From positions 1 through 29,880 of the forward strand of contig SKHI01000026.1 in the NCBI GenBank assembly GCA_007117065.1: a DNA stretch of 29,880 nt. Reading direction: 5' to 3'. The stretch's first letter is position 1. Every line of letters starts with the position of its first letter. The DNA comes from Candidatus Woesearchaeota archaeon. GTDB lineage: Archaea; Nanobdellota; Nanobdellia; Woesearchaeales; SKIA01. Below, one piece after another: positions 7,558 to 15,358 of the stretch. The notes under the pieces were generated by a model, which saw only the letters and a program-made list of their open reading frames with translations, made no database searches and had not been told where the DNA came from. Made by a program: the position numbers and the translations under genes.

Positions 7558-8406
7558 ATGAAATATGCATTCTATATCGTTCTCCTATTGTTCGCTTCGT
7601 GTTCCTATGTGAGCACCATTGAGACTACCGTCTCCTTTAATAATGTCGGCTTTGATGAGCGCGAGATAGCATTTAGCGAAGTTGTCTCTGTCCGCGTTCC
7701 TTCTGAAGAAATCATCTTTTTTGGTGTGCGTCTTGGTGATCAATTAGAAGATGTCATCGCATTGCATGGTACGTACGACGTGAAGAGCACGTTTGATGAA
7801 GGCCGTATAGTAAATATCGAATATGATTTTTTTGCCAATAGTACCTCTGTCCTATATCATACGGAGGATGGAGTTGTTCGAGCAGTACTCGTTACTCAAC
7901 ACGCTGACCTTCAAGAGCAAAATATGCTTGGTATGAGCACTCGCGACGTATATGCTCAGCTCGGTCTCCCAACACGCACAGATGATGTATTTGGCGGACG
8001 CTTATTTGTGTATGACGCGTACGGATACGAAATATATTTTGAGCGCGGATTCGTCAACAGAATATACTTTACGTTTTCTCAAAGAGGAATCTCTCCAGCA
8101 GGCGAGGAGAGCATCAGAGAATGTTCTCAAGAAATACTTCTCCTCCGCGCTCCTGATACCGGTGAGTGCTATAGTATATCTTCTTGTATCATTCCAGATG
8201 GATGGACAATTTGTGAGGATGAGAATACAACAGCACAAGGTTCTGAAGCAGAACACAGTGAACCATCTGTCATAAACACGTCTGTTCAGCAAACTGAACT
8301 GTGCGTGTTAGGGACTATTTTTGCAATCACTCAAGAAGGCGATTGTCAAGAGTACACGAACTCATGTGATGTTCCCATAAACAGTTCTGTTGTTCGTTCT
8401 TGTTAA
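7558..8406 (+). CDS. putative lipoprotein / secreted Cys-rich protein
   Basis: N-terminus MKYAFYIVLLLFASCSYV has a lipobox-like LFASC. The C-terminal ~95 aa carry two similar 4-Cys modules. No family recognised. Confidence 0.55.
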   Translation: MKYAFYIVLLLFASCSYVSTIETTVSFNNVGFDEREIAFSEVVSVRVPSEEIIFFGVRLGDQLEDVIALHGTYDVKSTFDEGRIVNIEYDFFANSTSVLYHTEDGVVRAVLVTQHADLQEQNMLGMSTRDVYAQLGLPTRTDDVFGGRLFVYDAYGYEIYFERGFVNRIYFTFSQRGISPAGEESIRECSQEILLLRAPDTGECYSISSCIIPDGWTICEDENTTAQGSEAEHSEPSVINTSVQQTELCVLGTIFAITQEGDCQEYTNSCDVPINSSVVRSC

Positions 8407-8440
8407 GAAAGTTTATAAGCCAAGAGGAATTAACGTACAC

Positions 8441-9415
8441 ATGCAAGAAGAATTTTTTAAACGATTATTAAATACTACATTCGCCGAGATCGTAGGCCAG
8501 CAACACGTGAAAAACCAAGTCAAGAGTGCGTTACTTGCAAAAAGAAATATTATTTTTGTCGGTCCTCCTGGAGTAGGAAAAACAACACTTGCTCGAAGTA
8601 TTGCTGCACTATTAGGTGATGTGGAGCTAAGTGATGATGCGTTTAGAACAGTACCGGTGCAGAATCAAAAAACCAGGGTGTTTACTGGTGAGCAACGGTT
8701 TATTAGAGTGCAAGGAAGCCCAGACCTTACTTCCGAAGATTTGTTAGGTGATATCGATCCCATTAAAGCCTTAGAATTCGGCCCCACCAGTATTGAAGCA
8801 TTTAGTCCTGGTAAGATTTTTCGTGCAAATAACGGTATTCTCTTCTTTGATGAGGTTAACCGTTGTTCTAGCAAGTTACAGAATGCTCTATTGCAAGCGT
8901 TACAAGAAAAAATTGTTACTATAGGTAGTTATGACGTCGATTTTTCTGCTGATTTTCTCTTTATTGGAACTATGAATCCGAGTGATAACAGCACTGAAGA
9001 ACTTTCTTCTGTGTTTCTTGACCGATTCGATCTCATTTATCTTACCTATCCAGAAAGTGAAGATGATGAAACAGATATTGTCTCTGCACAAGCACATATT
9101 TCAAGCCATACCGATAAGGATATCATTCGTTTTTGTGTCCGTTTTGTTCGTTCTTTACGTTCTCATGAACATGTTGAAGAAGCACCTGGAGTGCGAGCCA
9201 GTATCGGACTTGTTGAGCGCGCCTCAGCGTTTGCAAGAATACATTCTCGAAGCACTGAGACAAAGGATGTATTTTCTGTTGTGGAATCAGTTCTCGCCCA
9301 TAGATTGCGTTTAAAGCCTTCTGTACGATATAATATGACCACTGAGGAGTTTGTAAGAGGTATTTTTGAGAGATTTTTACAACAGGAAAAGCGTCGGTTG
9401 GGTGGTGAAGGGTGA
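8441..9415 (+). CDS. AAA+ ATPase, Mg-chelatase ChlI/MoxR class
   Basis: FAEIVGQQHVKNQVKSALLAKRNIIFVGPPGVGKTTLARSIA (Walker A at 8561-8584). Walker B ILFFDEVNR. The pattern TSEDLLGDIDPIKALEFG...PGKIFRANNGILFFDEVN...FLFIGTMNPS...LDRFDL parallels ChlI/BchI. The track start at 8390 is TTG inside the upstream gene, so I use the ATG at 8441. Confidence 0.8.
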   Translation: MQEEFFKRLLNTTFAEIVGQQHVKNQVKSALLAKRNIIFVGPPGVGKTTLARSIAALLGDVELSDDAFRTVPVQNQKTRVFTGEQRFIRVQGSPDLTSEDLLGDIDPIKALEFGPTSIEAFSPGKIFRANNGILFFDEVNRCSSKLQNALLQALQEKIVTIGSYDVDFSADFLFIGTMNPSDNSTEELSSVFLDRFDLIYLTYPESEDDETDIVSAQAHISSHTDKDIIRFCVRFVRSLRSHEHVEEAPGVRASIGLVERASAFARIHSRSTETKDVFSVVESVLAHRLRLKPSVRYNMTTEEFVRGIFERFLQQEKRRLGGEG

Positions 9416-10619
9416 ACAGTCTTTTGATGAGCAACACTTTGATGACACGTCCTCTGCCGAGATAGATTCATTTTCTTCTGCACAAGAGTTAAGTGGTAAG
9501 CCTGGCAGAAACCCGGACAAAGAGGGTCTTCCCCACACTGTTACACCTGGTGGCGAAAGCGAGCTGGGCTCGTTTGTTCTTGATGCTATAGGCATGGACT
9601 CGTCCGTATTCACTCCTGACTCTGTTATGGAACGACTCGTTAAAGATTATCGTTCTGCTTCAGAGATATTTGGCGATTCACTGCTCAGAAGGATTACAGG
9701 ATATAGCTCTGAGTATATCGAAAAGAATCTTCGCATTCCTGAATTTGTGCGCCATTTAGAAGAAAAGGTCTCTCAGGGAATAAAAGGATTGCAGGAAGAA
9801 GGCGTTCTCGATGCTAAAGGAGAATTAAGCGAAGAAGCATATGAGTCTGCCTCAGTAGTTTTACTTGCTGAGCTTTTAGACGAGTTTGTGGCAAAAGGAC
9901 AACTTGGTGCACACCAACAAAAGAAGAAGCGACTGCAAGGCGTTGATAAGGATGTGCAGCGGTTTAGTAATCAAGCGTATAAGGATATTTCTGTGCGTAA
10001 GTCTGTTCAGATTGCTGTTCGTCGCGGACATAAACAATTTCACATTGACGATTTGCGTATCACGCAAGAGGAGGGTGTTGGTTTTGCTGAAATAATATAT
10101 GCCGTTGACTCTTCTGGAAGTATGAAGGGCGAGAAGCTTTCTCAGGCAAGACGTGCAGGGATTTTACTCGCCTACGAAGCGATTTCTCGCCAAGATTCTG
10201 TAGGATTAGTTTCCTTTGGTCCTCGCGTGTCTCGCATCGTTCCCCCGGGAAAAGATTTTCCTCAACTATTGCATGCATTCATGCGTATTCGTGCTTCAGG
10301 TGAGACAGACTTATCTGCAGGCATCATTCGGGCAACAGAATTATTTTCTTCTGGCAGTCATACAAAGCATATCGTGCTTCTCTCTGATGCTATTCCGACT
10401 GCGGGAAGTAATCCTGAATCAGCTGTTATTGAAGCAGCGTCTTTTGCACGCGCAAGAGGAGTTAGTCTTTCTGTTGTAGGTATTGGCCTTGATGCTCAGT
10501 CAAGCGTTTTTGCTTCTCGTCTTGCATCTCTTGGCGGAGGGCGTCTTCTTCTTGCCTCACAGCCGTCAGACCTTTCCATTCTTCTTCTCGAGGAATATAC
10601 GCATTTACGCCAGCTTTAA
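9366..10619 (+). CDS. von Willebrand factor A (VWA) domain protein with an uncharacterised ~230-aa N-terminal region
   Basis: MIDAS motif DSSGS (10107-10121), then SGETDLSAGI and IVLLSDAIPTAG, which are typical VWA strands. The start is non-ATG: TTG 9366 or GTG 9402/9405. All candidates overlap the AAA+ stop at 9413-9415. Confidence 0.8.
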   Translation: MRDFYNRKSVGWVVKGEQSFDEQHFDDTSSAEIDSFSSAQELSGKPGRNPDKEGLPHTVTPGGESELGSFVLDAIGMDSSVFTPDSVMERLVKDYRSASEIFGDSLLRRITGYSSEYIEKNLRIPEFVRHLEEKVSQGIKGLQEEGVLDAKGELSEEAYESASVVLLAELLDEFVAKGQLGAHQQKKKRLQGVDKDVQRFSNQAYKDISVRKSVQIAVRRGHKQFHIDDLRITQEEGVGFAEIIYAVDSSGSMKGEKLSQARRAGILLAYEAISRQDSVGLVSFGPRVSRIVPPGKDFPQLLHAFMRIRASGETDLSAGIIRATELFSSGSHTKHIVLLSDAIPTAGSNPESAVIEAASFARARGVSLSVVGIGLDAQSSVFASRLASLGGGRLLLASQPSDLSILLLEEYTHLRQL

Positions 10620-10643
10620 ATGTGATGAGTGATTTCTTAGTGT

Positions 10644-11291
10644 ATGAAAGTCCTTGTTTTTGGCGATACGCATGGGATAGATGATTTTTCGTATCTTGAG
10701 GAACTTGCAAAGGATGCAGATATGATTCTTTGTTTGGGCGACATCACATTTTTTATGAGCGACATTGATGCTATTCTTGAGGGATTATCCTTGTTTGCAG
10801 AAAAAATGAAAAAACCATTTTTGATTACTCATGGAAATCATGAATATGACCTTGATGTATTTATTGAGGATTATCCGTCATTAATTTATTTACATGAGGA
10901 AGTATTTGAGTATAATGGGGTGTGTGTTATTGGCCATGGAGGCGCAGGTTTTTCTCGAAGAGAACCGCGCGTACAATCATTTTTTGATACAGTATATTCC
11001 TCAATTTCTTTTGATCAAAAATCTGTTGTTTGGTTGTTTCATGCCCCCCCACACAAAACAGTCGATTTTCGTCCCGACTGGGGGTACTGCGGCAGCATTA
11101 CTCGTCGTGAACTTATTGAGAAATATGCTCCTTCATTAGTTGTCGCAGGCCATATTCATGATGCAATTGGTACCCAGGTGCAGGTGAACACAACACATGT
11201 AGTAAATCCTGGTCCAGGCGGGATGCTTATTGAAATTCATTCAAAAATGAATTCTACATCGATGTCATCTTCAACGACATCTACTAAATAG
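10644..11291 (+). CDS. calcineurin-like metallophosphoesterase
   Basis: All canonical motifs are present: GDTHG, LGDIT, HGNHEY, GHGG, AGHIHD. The last ~17 codons run antisense into the next gene. Confidence 0.8.
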   Translation: MKVLVFGDTHGIDDFSYLEELAKDADMILCLGDITFFMSDIDAILEGLSLFAEKMKKPFLITHGNHEYDLDVFIEDYPSLIYLHEEVFEYNGVCVIGHGGAGFSRREPRVQSFFDTVYSSISFDQKSVVWLFHAPPHKTVDFRPDWGYCGSITRRELIEKYAPSLVVAGHIHDAIGTQVQVNTTHVVNPGPGGMLIEIHSKMNSTSMSSSTTSTK

Positions 11292-11821
11292 CTACTTTTT
11301 TTATTGTAATAGTAAATATTTTGTTGTATTGGTAAGTCTTTTTCTACTCCGAGTGATTCTAGTATTTTGTCAACTACTTTTTCTTCAATGTATTTAAGTG
11401 AATGCTCCATCACTATATCTAGGACTATCTCCTTGTGCCCTTCATAAAGCACGAGAAAATTTGATTGGTTATTGTTAATTCCGAAATACCACTTTTCTGC
11501 TTCATCTGTTTTATATGCTCGTTTGAGTTGTATTCTGATAGGCTTTTTTTTGAATCGAATAATATCTTGAATTTCTGATTTGCTTAAGTCTTTTTCTGCA
11601 CGCAAGTGTTTAAGTAAGTTTTTTAGTTCAGATATTGTTTTTACACTGTAGGTTTCTGCAAAGTTTATTTCTCTGCCCACATATTTTTTTATTATTTCCC
11701 ATCCGTGCATGTATTTTCTTGCTTCTAGTATAATCGTGTATTCAGGCAGCGATTTCTCGTAACTTATTGTGTGTTGATCGCAAATTCTTTTTTTCCAAGA
11801 AGTACCACTTTCCATCTCCAT
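11237..11821 (-). CDS. hypothetical protein, AT-rich orphan
   Basis: 194-aa ORF with an ATG start. K/E/I-rich with an acidic C-terminus (VVEDDIDVEFIFE). Two 60-nt lines hand-counted inside it gave 27-30% GC, against 45% for a line in the VWA gene. No family recognised. Confidence 0.5.
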   Translation of the reverse strand: MEMESGTSWKKRICDQHTISYEKSLPEYTIILEARKYMHGWEIIKKYVGREINFAETYSVKTISELKNLLKHLRAEKDLSKSEIQDIIRFKKKPIRIQLKRAYKTDEAEKWYFGINNNQSNFLVLYEGHKEIVLDIVMEHSLKYIEEKVVDKILESLGVEKDLPIQQNIYYYNKKSSYLVDVVEDDIDVEFIFE

Positions 11822-11904
11822 ACAAGAGTTAACGGTTATTTGTTCTTAAAGGTTACTCTCTTCTTGACAATAGTGTTATAAGCAAGGACTATTTTTGTGA
11901 TGGC

Positions 11905-12390
11905 ATGAATATGTATGAAGCATTAGAAAAAGTTACTTCCTCCGAGCACCACATTCCTGCTGATGCGTTTTTAGCACATTTTTTCCGTATGTACGATGAT
12001 ACTGCTACCATCAGCTGGCAAGTTGGTTTCTGTACACCCTCACAAGAATTAATTGTATTCACTGTCACCGGCGATGCTGTCCAAGTCAATCCACCTGCAG
12101 AGGCGTTTAGCGATCAGAAGGAGATTCTACCTTTTGCACAACAAGAAGAGGTAACCTTCAATTCGTCTGATGCTGTAGACGCAGTTATCAGTTTGTTGCG
12201 TTCTGAGCACCCTGGACACGATGCCAATCAGATCATTCTTCTTGCGCAGACACTTCCCTCGTTTGGCAGCATATACAATGTTACCGTCGTTACAAAAACA
12301 TTTCATCTATTTAACGTAAAATGTTCAGTTGTTGATGGAGCTGTGCTGCATAAAGAGTTCTCACATATCTGGTCGCTTCGTAAGGATTAA
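11905..12390 (+). CDS. hypothetical protein (possible PepSY-like alpha/beta repeat)
   Basis: 161-aa ORF with an ATG start, divergent from the orphan gene. The second half (SSDAVDAVISLL...IYNVTVVTKTFHLFNVKCSVVDGAVL) has a PepSY-like helix plus beta-strand pattern. This is a weak assignment. Confidence 0.45.
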   Translation: MNMYEALEKVTSSEHHIPADAFLAHFFRMYDDTATISWQVGFCTPSQELIVFTVTGDAVQVNPPAEAFSDQKEILPFAQQEEVTFNSSDAVDAVISLLRSEHPGHDANQIILLAQTLPSFGSIYNVTVVTKTFHLFNVKCSVVDGAVLHKEFSHIWSLRKD

Positions 12391-12430
12391 TTTCCATAAC
12401 TCGAATACGTATGTTTTGTTCTTTATGTTT

Positions 12431-12448
12431 AAACACAAATGTGTTTTT
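12431..12448 (+). terminator. candidate terminator: 6-bp hairpin plus T5 run
   Basis: AAACAC-AAAT-GTGTTT running into TTTTT, about 40 nt after the stop of the 161-aa gene. Archaeal termination typically uses oligo-T. Confidence 0.25.
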
Positions 12449-12588
12449 AAGCAAGTAGTTTCAGAAACACTGTATGGCAATTAGTTATGCAGCTGTAAAA
12501 AAAAGCAAGTCGCTCTCATCGTTTTATTCTTCTTCTGAAAAACGCGAACAGAAAGAGAAAAAATAAGTTCTTATTAACAAAATAGGAC

Positions 12589-13125
12589 ATGATAATAACA
12601 TTTTCTGGATTGAATGGCGCTGGTAAAACAGTGACGAGTAAGTTGCTTGCAGATCGTCTTGGTTGGCAGTGGCATGGCGCAGGAATGTTTATGCGCCAGC
12701 TTGCAAAAAAAAAAGGAATGACTATTAGTGAGTTTGATGCATTTGTAAAACAAAATCCTGATATTGACAAAGAATTAGATCAACAAATTTCATTATTAGC
12801 TGATAAGAACGAATCGCTTGTTGTTGATGGCCGTTTGGCCTGGTATTTCCTTCCTTCAAGCATAAAGATTTTCTTAACAGCAAGCGAAGACGTTAGGGTT
12901 AAGCGCGTATTTGCTGTCGGTAGAGAGCGAGAAGTCTATTCTTCTTACGAGGAATCAAAACATCTTCTTCAAAAGCGCATTGATATTACAAGAAATCGTT
13001 GGATGCAATTATATGGTATTAATGGATACGATGAAAATAATTTCGATATAGTCATTGATACTTCAAATCACACTCCTGAAGATACTGTAAACGAGATTCT
13101 TTCTCGTATTCAAGATCAGCTGTAA
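12589..13125 (+). CDS. cmk: cytidylate (CMP) kinase, archaeal type
   Basis: 178 aa. P-loop MIITFSGLNGAGKT. The pattern LADRLGWQWHGAGMFMRQLAKKKGMTISEF...DKELDQ...VVDGRLAWYF...IKIFLTASEDVRVKRV matches archaeal Cmk. Confidence 0.8.
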   Translation: MIITFSGLNGAGKTVTSKLLADRLGWQWHGAGMFMRQLAKKKGMTISEFDAFVKQNPDIDKELDQQISLLADKNESLVVDGRLAWYFLPSSIKIFLTASEDVRVKRVFAVGREREVYSSYEESKHLLQKRIDITRNRWMQLYGINGYDENNFDIVIDTSNHTPEDTVNEILSRIQDQL

Positions 13126-13352
13126 TCTCTCCATGTATGGTCACATTTTGTGCATTTAAGAAATTTAGTTTCCGGCTCATCTCCAGCTCTTGTTTGTTGT
13201 AACCACCAGTACGCTGTTTCGTTTCCGCATTCTGGACATGTTTCGTCTGTTGTTGGAAGCGTTTGCTCTGTAGAGTCTATAACCTCTATTTCTTTCTTTT
13301 TCTTTGGCTCATCTACAAGAGGTTTTTTCATCAATTCGTCGAGGTATCCCAT
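13116..13352 (-). CDS. tfs: TFS/RpoM-like transcript-cleavage factor, C-terminal zinc ribbon only
   Basis: 78 aa. CPECGNETAYWWLQQTRAGDEPETKFLKCTKCDHTWRDY is the TFIIS-type C-ribbon (CxxC...CxxC) with the acidic DE hairpin. There is no N-terminal CxxC ribbon, and the N-terminal 38 aa are K/E-rich. Confidence 0.75.
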   Translation of the reverse strand: MGYLDELMKKPLVDEPKKKKEIEVIDSTEQTLPTTDETCPECGNETAYWWLQQTRAGDEPETKFLKCTKCDHTWRDYS

Positions 13353-13375
13353 AATCTGCTCATTTTGAACAGTAG

Positions 13376-13384
13376 TTTATAAGG
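13376..13384 (-). promoter_or_regulatory. TATA-like box for the TFS-like gene
   Basis: Minus-strand CCTTATAAA centred about 28 nt upstream of the ATG at 13352. This supports the short gene as an independent leaderless unit. Confidence 0.3.
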
Positions 13385-13492
13385 TTTACTGCTCATGAGT
13401 CAGAGCATAATAAAAAGAAGGTTTCGACTGTCTTTACATCCTGCAGATCAGGAAGATATCTCTTATGATATGTAGAAAAACACAGATCCCCC

Positions 13493-14257
13493 CTAGAGCG
13501 ACCCTATTCCCAGTCTCGCAAGCAACTCCCCAAATAGTATGCGTATATATCCCAAATAGGGTATTCGGGCAAATGCTTTTCCTATCAACTGCTCATCTGT
13601 TATTCTTGTCTCATCAAGTAAAGCAACTGCTCCAGGCGTTTGGAAATCCACTCTTTGAGCATTTACGTCCAAACAACTTGCTAGTATACGCGTTTCTCCT
13701 TGTTGGACATAGCATTCATATGCAAAGTTTCCTTGAAGCAGAACGTATTGTTCTATAGGTGCTTCGTTATGATCTCCTTTTGCAGTAATATATTCATCTA
13801 TTGCGACTATTCGGTGTATAATAGGGTATGCTTTGTTGCTTTGAAAGATGATAACATCTCCTATGTTCGCTGTTTCTTTTGTTACACCGCGTACTAACAT
13901 AATATCTCCTTTAGAAAAACCTCTCGCGAAGGGAAATTCTAAAAATTGCTCGTATGTTATTCCTCGCTCTTCATACCACGAGCCGCACACGTCCCAAAAC
14001 ACTGCTTGTTCGCTCACTCGTTCTCCACAAAGCATTCCTTGTTGTACTGAATGATCCATACTTCCACTTATTACTGCTACTGCTGGAAGCGAAGTTCCTA
14101 AAATCATTCCCAGACCCGGGTAAAAGATAAATTTTATCAAAATAAAAGCAAGAATAAAATTTACCGCCCATGAAAGAGCACTTTCATCATACCAAATAAA
14201 GTGCCACATTCTCCTCAGTATCCCTGAGTGTTCTTGTTTGCGTTCTTTTTTATGCAT
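13493..14257 (-). CDS. signal peptidase I (S26, archaeal/Sec11 type)
   Basis: N-terminal TM, then ISGSMDHS (catalytic Ser box), GDIMLVRG, PIIHRIVAI (His box) and AKGDHNEAP (GDN box). Confidence 0.8.
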   Translation of the reverse strand: MHKKERKQEHSGILRRMWHFIWYDESALSWAVNFILAFILIKFIFYPGLGMILGTSLPAVAVISGSMDHSVQQGMLCGERVSEQAVFWDVCGSWYEERGITYEQFLEFPFARGFSKGDIMLVRGVTKETANIGDVIIFQSNKAYPIIHRIVAIDEYITAKGDHNEAPIEQYVLLQGNFAYECYVQQGETRILASCLDVNAQRVDFQTPGAVALLDETRITDEQLIGKAFARIPYLGYIRILFGELLARLGIGSL

Positions 14258-14277
14258 GATCGAACAAGACTCGCCAA

Positions 14278-14288
14278 GTATTTAATAG
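14278..14288 (-). promoter_or_regulatory. TATA-like box for signal peptidase
   Basis: GTATTTAATAG on the plus strand, centred about 26 nt from the ATG at 14257. Confidence 0.3.
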
Positions 14289-14312
14289 TTGTTGCTTTCT
14301 AAAAAGCGAGAG

Positions 14313-14323
14313 CTTTTAATATC
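14313..14323 (+). promoter_or_regulatory. TATA-like box for NMD3
   Basis: CTTTTAATATC centred about 25 nt upstream of the ATG at 14343. This supports that ATG over the track TTG at 14289. Confidence 0.3.
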
Positions 14324-14342
14324 TACAATATTCGCGTGTAGT

Positions 14343-15326
14343 ATGAGTTTTTGTCCTATCTGTGGAGATCCAGCTGTTGACACGTTTTGTAAAGAGCATT
14401 TGCAGGAAAAAGAGCCGTTACTCCTCCCTCATAAACCTGTTCAACTGACGTTATGTTCCACGTGCGACTCATTTTTGTATCGTGGTCGATGGAGCCCACT
14501 AACGCTTTTTGATACATTTATTCATAAACAATTAGTATATAATCCTCGTGCCGTTATCGAAACTGTTGAGTTTCCTATGCCCATTTTTGAAGAGAAGCCA
14601 AAAGAGTTTACTCTTCCGTTGTTAGTTATTGGTTCAGTTTCAAGTGCTGTTGCTTCTTATGAAGAAGAGTACGAGATAGAAATACCTATTCATTTAGAAC
14701 AATGTTCTAAGTGTAAACAAGCTACTGGTGGGTATTTTGAAGGTATTTTACAGATTCGTAATCCTCGCGAGGAAGTAATTGCATTCGTCGAAGAGTGGGT
14801 TTCGCGACACCCAGATATGCGTATATCTCGAAAAAAAGAAATTTCGACAGGTATCGATTTTGAAGTCACGAATCAGCAAATGCTCGTCACTCTTGGACAT
14901 GAGTTACATCGGCGTTTTGGAGGGTTAATTCAAAAGAATGCGAAATTACATACATATGACCATCAAAAAAGTAAGAAAGTATATCGACTTACTGTTTTAG
15001 TTCGCCTTCCTCTTTTTTGGGTAGGTTCTATTTTAGAAACACGCAAGCGTCTCGTTCGTGTTACGAAGATGGGCTCAACCCTTCACGTATTTGATATTCG
15101 AAGAAGGAAGGGTTCCGCCCTGGTCTGTCCTTTTGATGACGAGGTAGAAGAGCTTACCCCTCAGGAAGTTGTTATCTCATCAAATCAACCAAATATGAAT
15201 ATTCTTGATCCGCAAACATATCAGGAAGTTCCCCTTGCAGTTCCTGTTGATAAGTACCCTGGCGAATCTATTCTTGTTGTTCAGGACGCTCGTCACGCGT
15301 GGTATGCGATAGAAGATTTCTCCTAA
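14343..15326 (+). CDS. nmd3: NMD3-family large-subunit ribosome biogenesis factor
   Basis: MSFCPICGD...FCKEHL, LCSTCDSFLYRGRW and CSKCKQATGGYFEGILQIR are the NMD3 N-terminal Cys clusters and signature. Confidence 0.8.
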   Translation: MSFCPICGDPAVDTFCKEHLQEKEPLLLPHKPVQLTLCSTCDSFLYRGRWSPLTLFDTFIHKQLVYNPRAVIETVEFPMPIFEEKPKEFTLPLLVIGSVSSAVASYEEEYEIEIPIHLEQCSKCKQATGGYFEGILQIRNPREEVIAFVEEWVSRHPDMRISRKKEISTGIDFEVTNQQMLVTLGHELHRRFGGLIQKNAKLHTYDHQKSKKVYRLTVLVRLPLFWVGSILETRKRLVRVTKMGSTLHVFDIRRRKGSALVCPFDDEVEELTPQEVVISSNQPNMNILDPQTYQEVPLAVPVDKYPGESILVVQDARHAWYAIEDFS

Positions 15327-15358
15327 AGGTTTTTTAATGAAGACTGTATTTTGCATAC

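Noticed and set aside
8390-8440. Extended N-termini in the track: TTG 8390, TTG 14289, ATG 24119, GTG 26501, GTG 27032, TTG 1999, TTG 7515
   Set aside because: The extensions overlap upstream genes or add residues not matching family N-termini. Downstream ATGs fit homology and promoter or overlap geometry better.
8441-10619. Calling the AAA+/VWA pair a bona fide magnesium or cobalt chelatase
   Set aside because: There is no large ChlH/CobN subunit or tetrapyrrole genes in the window, and the VWA protein lacks the AAA-like half of ChlD. Only the fold class is supported.
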